This document shows positions 9,977 to 19,792 of a DNA stretch of 21,665 nt, in pieces. Below the pieces are notes generated by a model. That model was given only the letters and a program-made list of their open reading frames with translations, was not told where the DNA came from and searched no databases. Source of the stretch: Octopus sinensis (lineage: Eukaryota). Position numbers and translations under genes: made by a program. The stretch lies in contig NW_021823656.1 of assembly GCF_006345805.1 (NCBI RefSeq), positions 1 to 21,665 on the forward strand, read 5' to 3'. Numbering within the stretch: position 1 is the first letter of the stretch; every line of letters begins with the position of its first letter.

Positions 9977-10227
9977 GTGTGTGTGCATGTGTATGTATGT
10001 GTATGTGTGTATTTGTTTGTATGCGTGTGTGTGTGTGCGCGTGTGTGTGTGTGCGCGTGTGTGTGTGTCTATCTGTGCGTGTGTGTGTGCAGAATGTATG
10101 TATAAGATAGCTTAAAGACAACACTACAACTATGACGACGCAAACAAAATTCTGCACACACACCACACACACCACACACGCACACACACACACATACACA
10201 CACACACACACATACACACACACACAA
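9940..10227. repeat. (TG)n tract (9940-10090) facing a (CA)n tract (10155-10227)
   Basis: Seen directly. Confidence 0.93.
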
Positions 10228-10547
10228 ACCCGTACACAGATTGACGCATTTATGTGCACAGATGCATAAAATGCACCCAGATCGGAGAGTGGAGTGGGTG
10301 TCTTTAATAGTTTCTGCTACAGAAACACCGTAGAGTGGCAACCACGGTTCACACCGACGCACTTTCACAGAAGAATACATCTGAGTGCACACAAGCATCA
10401 AACTATACGCCCCGAAATGGAAAAGGGGCAGGGGAAATTTAATGGTCACTGCTATATAAACACATACGGGTCTATAGTCACGCATGCGAGCCCACACGCA
10501 TTCACATACATACATACATACATACATACATACATGCATACATATAC

Positions 10548-10716
10548 ACAGTTCTATATTTAAGAGATGAGGAATTATGTACATTATTTACATTATTAAT
10601 ATTTGACGGATATTTGTCCTCATCTTGTTTGTTGTTAACACAACGTTTCGGCTGATATACTCTCCAGCCTTCATCAGGTGTCTTGGGTAGATTTCGAACC
10701 TGGGTTCTCATTCCAA
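10548..10716 (-). mobile_element. Short non-autonomous Penelope-like (pLTR-type) fragment carrying a hammerhead ribozyme motif
   Basis: Minus strand reads ggaatgagaacccaggttcgaaatctacccaagacacCTGATGAaggctggagagtatatcagccGAAACGTTgtgttaacaacaaacaagatgaggacaaatatccgtcaaat. It abuts a (TACA)n microsatellite. The minimal hammerhead with palindromic stem III is the form known from Penelope-like elements. Confidence 0.65.
10637..10682 (-). ncRNA. Minimal type-I hammerhead ribozyme, intact catalytic core
   Basis: Minus strand: stem I gacac/gtgtt; core CUGAUGA; one extra A; stem II ggctg/cagcc with 10-nt loop; GAAA; loopless palindromic stem III (AACGTT); predicted cleavage triplet GUU. Confidence 0.8.
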
Positions 10717-10797
10717 GAGCATATGGCATAGTGGTTAAGAGCGCGGGCTACTAACCCCAAGATTCCGAGTTCGATTCCAGGCAGTGATCTGAATAAT
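10717..10797 (+). mobile_element. tRNA-derived SINE head or tRNA pseudogene
   Basis: A box TGGCATAGTGG (10724-10734), B box GAGTTCGATTCC (10767-10778), anticodon-like arm ggg-ctactaa-ccc. Acceptor and T stems do not pair properly, so it is not a functional tRNA. Confidence 0.75.
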
Positions 10798-10814
10798 ACT
10801 AAATCAAAAGATAG

Positions 10815-10955
10815 CATAGGAATGTGTTTGATGATAGGTTTGCTGTATCAGGGTTGATTTGAGGCTAAATAACAACAAAATTATTACTGAGGCATACCAA
10901 CAACGGAGCCTGTATGTGGTTGCATGACCTGCTAGAAAAAAGTAGCCAAACTTGC
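10815..10955 (+). repeat. Family D fragments
   Basis: atcagggttgatttgaggctaaataacaac (10847-10876) resembles 9438-9467 and 21631-21660; 10922-10951 resembles 3662-3690. Confidence 0.5.
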
Positions 10956-11381
10956 CACTGTAGACTTTCTATATATTTTACAAATTATGGTTTCCAAGAT
11001 TGTCTCCCTTGTTTTTCTTCACCAGAATTAATCATTACGCGGATGGTTTTGGTTTCTGCTTCACTGCGACAATATAAAATGTCATGTCTTACGACACTTT
11101 CATGCCTTACGATGTTAGCGGCCATTTTATCAATGGTCATTGTTGGTGCGTCAGTTTGTTGTGGCTGAAACTCATATCAGACTGTGGTGGTGGCGTTGGT
11201 CGTGGCGATGGCGGTGGTAGTGGTGGTGGTAGTGATGATAGTGGTATGGACAATGCTATGGAAAGACAACATTCTGGTTGAAAGCATCAACGTTTATTTT
11301 AACTTACTAGGATCAACAGGGAATTAAAGATTTCTCACGGCCATGCTATGTCTACATACAAACATACATACATAGATAAAT

Positions 11382-11597
11382 CATTTCTACTGGAAGCACA
11401 AGGCCTCAAATTTTCGGGGGCAGGGGTTAAGTCGATTACATCGACCCCATTACGTAACGGGTACTAATTTTATCGACAACGAAAGGATGAAATGCAAAGT
11501 CGACCTCGGTGGAATTCGAACTCGAAACCTAACGGCGGACGAAATACTACTAAGCATTTCGCCCGGCGTGCTAACGATTCTGCCAGTCCGCCGCATT
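11382..11597 (-). mobile_element. SINE family A monomer (tail 2)
   Basis: Head, B box, central domain and ggccttgtgcttccagtagaaa tail. Putative 7-bp TSD gataaat at 11375-11381 and 11598-11604. Confidence 0.9.
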
Positions 11598-11617
11598 GAT
11601 AAATACGTGCATACATA

Positions 11618-11736
11618 TATGCATACATACATACACACATCCATCCATCCATCCATCCATACATACATACATACATAAATACATACATACATACATACAT
11701 ACATGCATACATGCATACATATATGCATGTGTGTTT

Positions 11737-11775
<39 letters not shown>
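11618..11775. repeat. (CATA)n/(CATC)n followed by (TG)n
   Basis: Seen directly. Confidence 0.95.
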
Positions 11776-11962
11776 TTAATGCCTGTGTCCGTACTTGTCA
11801 AAGTGTTTTAATAATATTTCGTTTGTGTCACAATTATAAAATTTGAAATTTGCAAAAAGATTTCGCGGCCATTATTTGTAAAATGTTTATCTGCCAAAAA
11901 TATGAATGGAAGCCGGACAGTAGTGTTCATTCTCCAAAATCTACCCACTGCACCGAACACCT

Positions 11963-11974
11963 CAACACACACGG

Positions 11975-12015
<41 letters not shown>

Positions 12016-12103
12016 ACACACACACACACACACGTCACACACACGTACACACAGACACACACACACACACACTCACAAACACGCACACACACACTCAGAC
12101 ACA

Positions 12104-12146
<43 letters not shown>

Positions 12147-12152
12147 CATACA
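11963..12152. repeat. (CA)n imperfect microsatellite
   Basis: Seen directly. Confidence 0.95.
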
Positions 12153-12284
12153 CACGGATACAGGAACCAATTCCATGCAACCTCTGTAACACGAGTCGGG
12201 CAGATGATTCAGAAATGCCACCAGCATTTTTATCTGTTATAATTCATAACAGTTGGATGCTATCTTTCAAAGCCCACCAGCAAA

Positions 12285-12372
12285 TAATAATAATAACAAC
12301 GATGATGATTATCATCATCATCATCATCATCATTATAATCATGATGATCATGACGACCACGACGACGACTAC
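12285..12372. repeat. Trinucleotide mosaic (AAT/GAT/CAT/GAC)
   Basis: Seen directly. Confidence 0.9.
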
Positions 12373-12674
12373 GATCTTAATCTTGGCTAAAATAAAGAAA
12401 TATCTCCCCCCCCCCTTCCATTCCATTCCCTATCCACTGTGGCTAAGGTTGCTTAAGATCTTTGGCTGATTTATTTATTATTTCTACAATAGCGGAATAT
12501 CTTGAATTTGTCACTGTTATCGTTGTCTGATAAATATGTCTGGAAGGTGTGAAGCTGGTGGTGGGTGCAGGGGGGCTTCGTTAACATATGGCTGGGTTTT
12601 ATCCCTTGAATCCCCGATGTTGGTTGGCTAGACCTTAATTAATTATACACGGCTGGGGTACACATGTTTCGCCG

Positions 12675-12766
12675 ATATATATATATATATATATATATAC
12701 AGAGAAAGAGAGAGAGAGAGATACAAACACACACACACACACACACACGCACACACACACACACAC

Positions 12767-12829
<63 letters not shown>

Positions 12830-12897
12830 ACATACATATATATGCACATACAGACATACATATATATGAACATACAGGCATATATATATATATATAC
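12675..12897. repeat. Compound (TA)(GA)(CA)(TA)(GA)(TACA) microsatellite
   Basis: Seen directly. Confidence 0.95.
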
Positions 12898-13305
12898 AAT
12901 TGTTCGTTTGTTTTCCACCTGCCTTCGTCTTTTGTCTATTTTCATAAAGCTTCCCGTTATATATATATATACTCATATACACGCGCACACAGACACCCAC
13001 AGTTGAAGAGGTTTACTACATGTACGAAGTTTGTTTATTTTTATATATAAATATATAAGACTGGAAACAAATACATGCACACGCACGCGCGTGCATGTAT
13101 AGTATTTATATCTGTTCAATGAATGTATTAAATGGGGTTCTCCTCTTTTTTGTTTTTTCCTCCGGTTTTACCCTGCATATTGGGCCATCTTTTGCTGAGC
13201 CCTTAAAGTAGCAAATTAGTTTTCTGTGAAAAGAAGTTGCTGGTCCCTCGCTTTGCTCTTTACTTCTGAAGAAGAGAACAATGCTATTCCCCCAGCACGA
13301 CATAA

Positions 13306-13307
13306 CT

Positions 13308-13339
<32 letters not shown>

Positions 13340-13344
13340 GAGAA
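13306..13344. repeat. (AAAG)n
   Basis: Seen directly. Confidence 0.9.
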
Positions 13345-13384
13345 GAATATTCAGGTGGTGTATTATCGTCACCGGAAGGCTAGA

Positions 13385-13488
13385 AGATAAAGCTTACCTT
13401 GATAGGATTTGAACTCAGAGTGCAATGCAGTCAACTAGAATCCCCGGAGGCATTCGACGCGTCAACGATTCTGCTAACTTGTTGCCTC
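13385..13488 (-). mobile_element. Decayed SINE family A head
   Basis: ggatttgaactcag (B box, reverse) and cgtcaacgattctgctaacttgttgcct (A-box region, reverse). Confidence 0.55.
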
Positions 13489-13515
13489 ATGTCAAACACC
13501 TACCCACAATAAAAT

Positions 13516-13721
13516 ATAATCTTTTCTACTCTAGGCATAAAGCCCGAAATTTTGGGGGAGGTGGCCAGTCGATTAGATCAACTGGTACTTAATTTATCGA
13601 CCCCGGAAGGATGAAAAGCAAAGTCGACCTCGGTGGAATTTGAACTGAGAACGTAAAGACAGACGAAATACTGCTAAGCATTTCGTCCGGCGTGCTGACG
13701 TTTCTGCCAGCTCGCCGCCTT
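13516..13721 (-). mobile_element. SINE family A monomer (tail 2)
   Basis: Full head aaggcggcgagctggcagaaacgtcagcacgccgg, B box gttcaaattcc, central domain, tail cgggctttatgcctagagtagaaaagattat. Confidence 0.9.
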
Positions 13722-13783
13722 ACACAATTTAATTTAATATAATATAAAAGTAGGTACACATGCTGAATATTTGTTAACATATG

Positions 13784-14303
13784 GTAGGAGTGGCTGTGTG
13801 GTAAGTAGCTTGCTTACGAACCACATGGTTCCGAGTTCAGTCCCACTGCGTGGCACCTTGGGCAAGTATCTTCTAATATAGCCTCGGGCCGACCAAAGCC
13901 TTGTGAGTGGATTTGGTAGGCGGAAACTGAAAGAAGCCCGTCGTATATATGTATGTGTATAGGTGTATATATATATATATAATATATATTATATATATTA
14001 TATATATATATATATAATATATAATATATATATTATATATATATATATATATATGTATATATTATACATGTGTGTGTGTGTGTGTGTGTATGTATGTTTG
14101 TGTGTCTGTATTTGTCCCTCCCCCCAACATCGTTTGACAACCGATGCTGGTGTGTTTATATCCCCATAACTTAGCGGTTCGGCAAAAGAGACCTATAGAA
14201 TGAGTATTAGGCTTACAAAGAATAAGTCCTGGGATCGATTTGCTCGGCAAAAGGTCGTGCTCCAGCATGGCTCCAGTCAAATAACTGAAACAAGTAAAAG
14301 AGT
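13784..14303 (+). mobile_element. tRNA-derived SINE family B (CORE-like) with internal microsatellite
   Basis: A box TGGCTGTGTGG, B box GAGTTCAGTCC, CORE-like caccttgggcaagtatcttc, internal (TA)n(TG)n at 13944-14114, tail gctccagcatggctccagtcaaataactgaaacaagtaaaaga. Confidence 0.9.
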
Positions 14304-14380
14304 ATACAAAGTAAAAAAACCCCCAAAAAAACACGTTTCCAAGTGTTCCGTTGTAAACTGATAAACTCTTTAGCAGACAA

Positions 14381-14615
14381 TGAAGGCGCGCAGCCCAGTC
14401 GTTCGAGTGTTGCAGACTCGATTACAAGTTCGTAGTTTCGATTCCAGGACTCTGCAGTGCGTTCTGTCTTTGAGCAAAACTCTTCCTTTCACATGAATCT
14501 CCTCGGTAATAAGTGAGTAAGGCTGGCGTCCTATCCACTGTGTATGTTTGTGATCTCTCTACTTATACACAACGGAGACCGGATAATCGACCTAGCGAGT
14601 CCCAGGACTCGAGAC
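14381..14615 (+). mobile_element. SINE family C, old copy
   Basis: tgaaggcgcgcagcccagtcgtt, gtttcgattccagg, ttgagcaaaactct, and ggctggcgtcctatcca matching the 4619-type tail. Confidence 0.7.
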
Positions 14616-15224
14616 AGTTAATGTCCAGGTCGATGTTAATGATGCGTAAATATAGCAGACGTTCTTAGTAAATGCTTTACGACACATCAATGTGCCGAAA
14701 TTTTTTTGAGTTGAGTCAGAAAACGCCAAGATATTTCGGAATCTTGAATGATTTTTTTTGGCTGCACTGCACTAGTGCATGCTTATTCATTTGCGGACAA
14801 TTGCAATGCGTGTGCATCCATCACTGTAGCAAAAGAATGTTAACATTCATTAAAAAGCTAATGGTGTGTCATAACACTTTAAGCGGCATCTTCAGTGTGC
14901 CGTGGATCGAAAATGATGGTTTGCAGGAATGGGATTCAGTGCATGCTAGACTCACAGGGGACAGGGAGATAAGGATTTCTAAAACTGGTTTCGCACCAGA
15001 ACATAAATTTTTTGATTGAACGATACAACAACAGTAGCAACAACAACAAGAACAGCATAATCTGTTTAATTAAGGGCAACAGTATGGATAATCTTCGAAC
15101 CCACGAAATGGTTCCATGATGAACAAGTATGTTGAGTGACGGCCTTCATTTTGAAGATAACTATACCTCTACATTTAATGCTTAATGGTACTAGTAAACA
15201 CAAAAGGTATTGTGGATATGGTTG

Positions 15225-15310
15225 AAGAATCGGTAGAGCGCCAGACAAAAACATAGCGAGCATTACATTCAATTACGCTTTGAGTTTAAATCCGCCACAT
15301 CGACACTTTC
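15225..15310 (+). mobile_element. Decayed SINE family A head
   Basis: gaagaatcggtagagcgccagacaaaa...tttgagtttaaatccgcc resembles the family A head with A and B boxes. Confidence 0.5.
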
Positions 15311-15329
15311 TTTTTAATTATTTCGTGCT

Positions 15330-15533
15330 TGAAGGCGGTAAGCTGGTCGAATCGTTACCACGCCGGATAATAAGCTTAGCGGCATCTCTTTCGGCTCTTT
15401 ACGTTTTGGGTTCAGGTGCCACCGAGATCGAGTTTGCCTTTCATCCTTTAAGTACCCGTTGAGCACTGGGGTCAAGGAAATCCTTTCTCTCCTCGAAGTT
15501 GCTGGTTACATGACAAAATGCGGAACCATTATT
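15330..15533 (+). mobile_element. SINE family A, older copy
   Basis: gaaggcggtaagctggtcgaatcgttaccacgccgg head, then gagatcgagtttgcctttcatcctttaagtacccgttgagcactggggtc. Confidence 0.8.
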
Positions 15534-15834
15534 TTACAGTCGATGAAAAGGAATACCAGTGAAGAGAAGGGGTGGATAGGGGGAAAAAGGTTGATTTAAA
15601 AGAATTTACCCCCACCCCACACCACCGAAAATTTATGATTTTGTGCCTATGTTAGAAAGCCTTATTAGAAAATTTAAGTAACCGGTTCAGTGCCAACGAT
15701 TGGTGCAGTTACAGAGGTCATACCCTAAAAGGAATGCAAATAAATCTATTTAATGGACGGCATTTGTTTAAAGATCTGAAGAAACAAGAAAATTGAAGAA
15801 AACCGCGATTCAACGAATGGACTAAATACATGAT

Positions 15835-15878
15835 TATATATGTACATAGTGTATGTGCGTGTGTGTGCGTGAGTGTGC

Positions 15879-15934
<56 letters not shown>

Positions 15935-15950
15935 TGTGTGTGTGTGTGTG
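15835..15950. repeat. (TG)n
   Basis: Seen directly. Confidence 0.95.
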
Positions 15951-16274
15951 CTGTTTATAAATCTCACAGTTATATTAGGTTTCGGTGTATTTCAAACTTT
16001 CATACGCAAAGAGTCGTCGAGTAAAAGGCTTTGAAAAGGGAAGACAACTGGAAACACTTTTGTATTTGTAGAAAGATTGACCGTAAAGATGGAATGCGAT
16101 GTTTGTGCCAGCAGCCAGCAGCCGGGTAGATGTCCTGCCCCTGGGTCCAGGGCTCGGATTACCAAAACCCTCCAGTTCCATTTGGGTTGTTCTGAGCAAA
16201 CTAAAGAGTATGTTTCATACTCAGTTAAAAGGATAAGTCACTGGTTCGCTTTCATTGCAGGCTTTAAAACAATC

Positions 16275-16277
16275 TCA

Positions 16278-16327
<50 letters not shown>

Positions 16328-16341
16328 TCTGCTTCTCCCTT

Positions 16342-16385
<44 letters not shown>
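16275..16385. repeat. (CT)n/(CTGT)n
   Basis: Seen directly. Confidence 0.93.
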
Positions 16386-16639
16386 ATGCACATAAAGAAA
16401 TGAAAGCTAACTTGAGAACCTAATTGAAGTCCGTTGGCTGTCTTTGGTTGCTTGGATGAATCGTGGAACATATGGCTGAACATCAATAACTCGCCCCAAG
16501 CGAGCGATGATTACAGACCGTCTGACACATCAGCGGTCAGCGGTCAAGCTAGACATTTCAGTAATGAGGTAATTACATTTCCAATCTGTCACCTAGTTTT
16601 ACTGACAATGGTCAAAGCAGAAAAGTAGCCAGCAAAGGC

Positions 16640-16772
16640 TTGCGTTCAAATCTCCACCGAGATCGACTTTGATTTTCACTCTCCTGGAATGGGTAAAATA
16701 AAAGTACGAGTTAAGCAATGGGATTGATTTAATCCGTTAATCCTTTCTCACTTAATTTGTGGCCTTGTGTCT
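16640..16772 (+). mobile_element. Decayed SINE family A, 5'-truncated
   Basis: gcgttcaaatctccaccgagatcgactttgattttcact...aaataaaagtacgagttaagcaatggg...tgtggccttgtgtct. Confidence 0.65.
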
Positions 16773-17195
16773 GTCTGTGTAACGAATCAATAGCAATGTA
16801 TATTTGCGAATTTAATTTCATTTGGGCACTGAGATCTCAGGGTTGATGCCGTGCCAAATAAACCACAACGGTTTGGAGAGTTTAGTGTAGCTATATTCAC
16901 TAAGATATACCAGTCTCAATGAAAAAATCTAACATTACAAGAAGGTCGTTGTGGCTCGCTTGAAGTATTATGATAAAGAAGGAAAAAATCAAAATAATGA
17001 AGACGGAGAGCTTCTTGCAATGTAAAGAAGGAGAGTTAAGGAACTTTTATATATTTTAAGTAAAAAAAGAAAAAAACAAACTATTTCCATTCGCTTCTGA
17101 TTATGGGCCTTTCTACCTGAAATAATATAGAAGTTATTAAACTTTTCCTCTTTCGTATTGTAATAAATTCTTCAACTTTATTTTGATACTTTTCT

Positions 17196-17408
17196 AATAT
17201 TGGTTTCAAATTTTGGCACGAGGCTAGCGACATCTGGGATGGGGGTAAGTCGCTTGCATTGACCCCAGCGTTTCACTGATACTTACTTTATCGACCCCGA
17301 AAGGCAAAGTCGACCTCGGCGAAATTTGAACTTAGAACGTAAAGACGAACGAAAAACCGTTAAGCATTTTGTCCGGAGTGCTAACAGTTCTGCCAGCTTG
17401 TCGCCTTT
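17196..17408 (-). mobile_element. SINE family A monomer (variant tail)
   Basis: atcgaccccgaaaggcaaagtcgacctcggcgaaatttgaac core with tRNA-like head; tail gcctcgtgccaaaatttgaaaccaatatt. Confidence 0.85.
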
Positions 17409-17434
17409 TCTTAATGTTACAATTATATATTTAC

Positions 17435-17555
17435 TTAGTTCTTCTCTCGCCCTCTTCCTCTCTCTCCTCTCTCTCTCTTTCTCTCTCCATCCCCCCTCTC
17501 TCTCTCAATCCTCTCTCTTTCGTACATACACACATAAACACACACGCACACACAT
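17435..17555. repeat. (CT)n then (CA)n
   Basis: Seen directly. Confidence 0.9.
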
Positions 17556-18084
17556 GTAGACAATCAAAATCAAATCAAATATCTGAGACTAGAAGAGATT
17601 GCAATACCTTGAGGGAAGGAAATTGTATACTCTTGATCTGGTGTTTCTGACCTTTCTTCTTAATCTGCATGGATATACTCGCAATTTATTCAACTGCGTA
17701 AACATTTCTGTTTACTAAGGAAAGATACTCAATACATGATGTGGAGTATATATTTTTATTTGAAGTTGAAGTATCCATTGCTACTTAGAGTTTCGCACCC
17801 CTTGCATTCATTCGGGTAACAACGAAATGCATGTTCCCAAAAAGTATTACATCAGAGCTTTTTTGTCTCCAAGAGAGCTGTCTAAACAAAGACTATGGTG
17901 TCTCACTCCCATCTGTTGGATGGCCGTCGATGCCACCACGCTTGTCTTTGGCATTTTGCTTTTTTAATCCTGTTGGTTGACCAACGAATGATATCCTCCC
18001 CATTTATCAAACCACTTTGGTAAGGTCGCCGGTTAAATCGCCGACAATGCGACAAGATGTACTGACTTACATGTTACCAGTAGC

Positions 18085-18092
18085 ACATACAC

Positions 18093-18156
<64 letters not shown>

Positions 18157-18189
18157 GATATATATATACATGCATACATATATATATAT

Positions 18190-18240
<51 letters not shown>

Positions 18241-18255
18241 CACATATATACACAT
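18085..18255. repeat. (TA)n/(CA)n compound
   Basis: Seen directly. Confidence 0.95.
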
Positions 18256-18739
18256 TTATAATGGATGTTTGAAAATGTAAACCTAACACAAGCACACAGA
18301 CACACAAATAAACACGACAATCATTGAAGAATTTCTAAGAATCGTAAATAAATTTCTTGTTTATTTTCCGTCGATTGGTCCACCTGATGCACACGGAATT
18401 TCAAAAGGATTCAAGTAGTCTCGTGGGATGTTTCTTAAAAGGTAACACAGTTGTAGCGGACGATTATATAAAACCGCCCTAAAAATTGTTTTGTAACTTA
18501 ATATTTTGTTGATTCGTCAAACAGTGGCAACTGAACCAGATGTAACATGATATTTGCGAGAAAACGTTTGTTTCATAAAATTTGATTATTTTAAGAGCTA
18601 AATTACAGCAAGGGTAATTAACTAAAATACTTTGATAAGATCGTATTAGCAGTGAGTGTATATTTAAGTGAAGCGTTGATGTAGATAACCAAGAAATACG
18701 AATTGACACAGTCTCTGTAACTTCAGTGCCAGGGCCTTG

Positions 18740-19080
18740 AGTGAATGGGGAAATATTAGAGAATGTCTATAAATATTGATCTGCCCGTAGGATCCAATGA
18801 GTGACCAGAGGAATTTAGGTGTCAGAGATGATCATATTAACAAGTTTCAGCTATGTCTGAGACATCTTTGCAGTCAAATGGCTCCTAACTGTCGTGAGAC
18901 AATAAAAAGCAGATTGGATAACACAACCTTAAATGCACCCTGTCTGCAGACAAAACCATTAAAAAAATGCAAAAGAGGAAGGTCATAAGCGGAAGGTCTC
19001 CTATTGCAATGAATACTGCAAACCAAAAAATTGTGAAGAAAAACCATTAACGTTAATAACAGATTTTGAGAAGGGTAGTA
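18740..19080 (+). mobile_element. Possible very old RTE-type reverse transcriptase fragment
   Basis: Frame-hopping translation VNGEILENVYKY...VTRGI...DIFAVKWL...KSRLDNTT resembles the RTE RT region (xGExLExVxxFxYLG...EVxRRI...DIFxSK). Many stops; by-eye match only. Confidence 0.35.
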
Positions 19081-19107
19081 AAGGAGATAACTCAGAAATT
19101 TAATAAT

Positions 19108-19507
19108 CCTTTCTATTGGAGACACAAGGCCGGAAATTTGAGGGGAGGGGATTCACTGGTATCGACCTTTCGGATGAAAGGCAAAGTCGACCTCAGCAGA
19201 ATTTGAACTCAGAACGTAACGGCAGACGAAATACGTATTTCTTTACTACCCACAAGTGGCTAAACCCAGAGAGGACAAACAAGGACAGACAAACGGATTA
19301 AGTCGATTATATCGACCCCAGTGCGTAACTGGTACTTAATTTATCGACCCCGAAAGGATGAAAGGCAAAGTCGACTGGGCGGAATTTGAACTCAGAATGT
19401 AACGGCAGACGAAATACGGCTACGCATTTCTCCCGTCGTGCTAACGTTTCTGCCAGCTACGCATTTCGCCCGGCTTGCTAATGTTTCTGCCAGCTCGCAG
19501 CCTTTCC
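19108..19507 (-). mobile_element. SINE family A composite (duplicated head, unit with tail 1, second unit with tail 2) with 13-bp TSD
   Basis: Same head and central domain as 2095-2521; internal period 184 nt (gcaaagtcgac at 19181 and 19365). Direct repeat gaaatttaataat at 19095-19107 and 19508-19520. Confidence 0.92.
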
Positions 19508-19792
19508 GAAATTTAATAATAAAGAGACAGCCTGACAGGTTTCGTTCTGATATTTGAAAAGATGCAGGAAAACGTCAGACATGTTTGGGGTTTTTCTTTA
19601 AGTCATCATTACCGACTTTCACCAGAAGAGAAGTTTTTAAGAAAGCGAAATCTTTTGGCGGTTGAGTTCATCGATGCGGCTAAGAGGCAATGAAAGGCGG
19701 TGAGTGTATGTGTGTGTGAATATAGATACATATGTGTATACACACGCGCGCACACACATATACATGCATATGTACACATACATACACACATA

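Noticed and set aside
10717-10797. Functional tRNA gene
   Set aside because: Acceptor and T stems do not pair; treated as a SINE head.
12645-12675. Minus-strand cggcGAAACATGT resembling the 3' half of a Penelope-type hammerhead
   Set aside because: The CUGANGA half is absent, replaced by microsatellite.
13140-13270. Minus-strand candidate exon (ttctcttcttcag...gtaaaa)
   Set aside because: Translation not recognisable; splice-like motifs are frequent in AT-rich DNA.
16072-16260. Acceptor-like site plus GC-rich segment, including a possible three-way junction at 16122-16157
   Set aside because: No recognisable protein; the stems do not fit HDV, twister or hammerhead topology.
17874-18019. 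Candidate exon with hydrophobic translation and GTAAGG donor
   Set aside because: All three frames contain a stop unless a homopolymer indel is assumed; protein not recognised.
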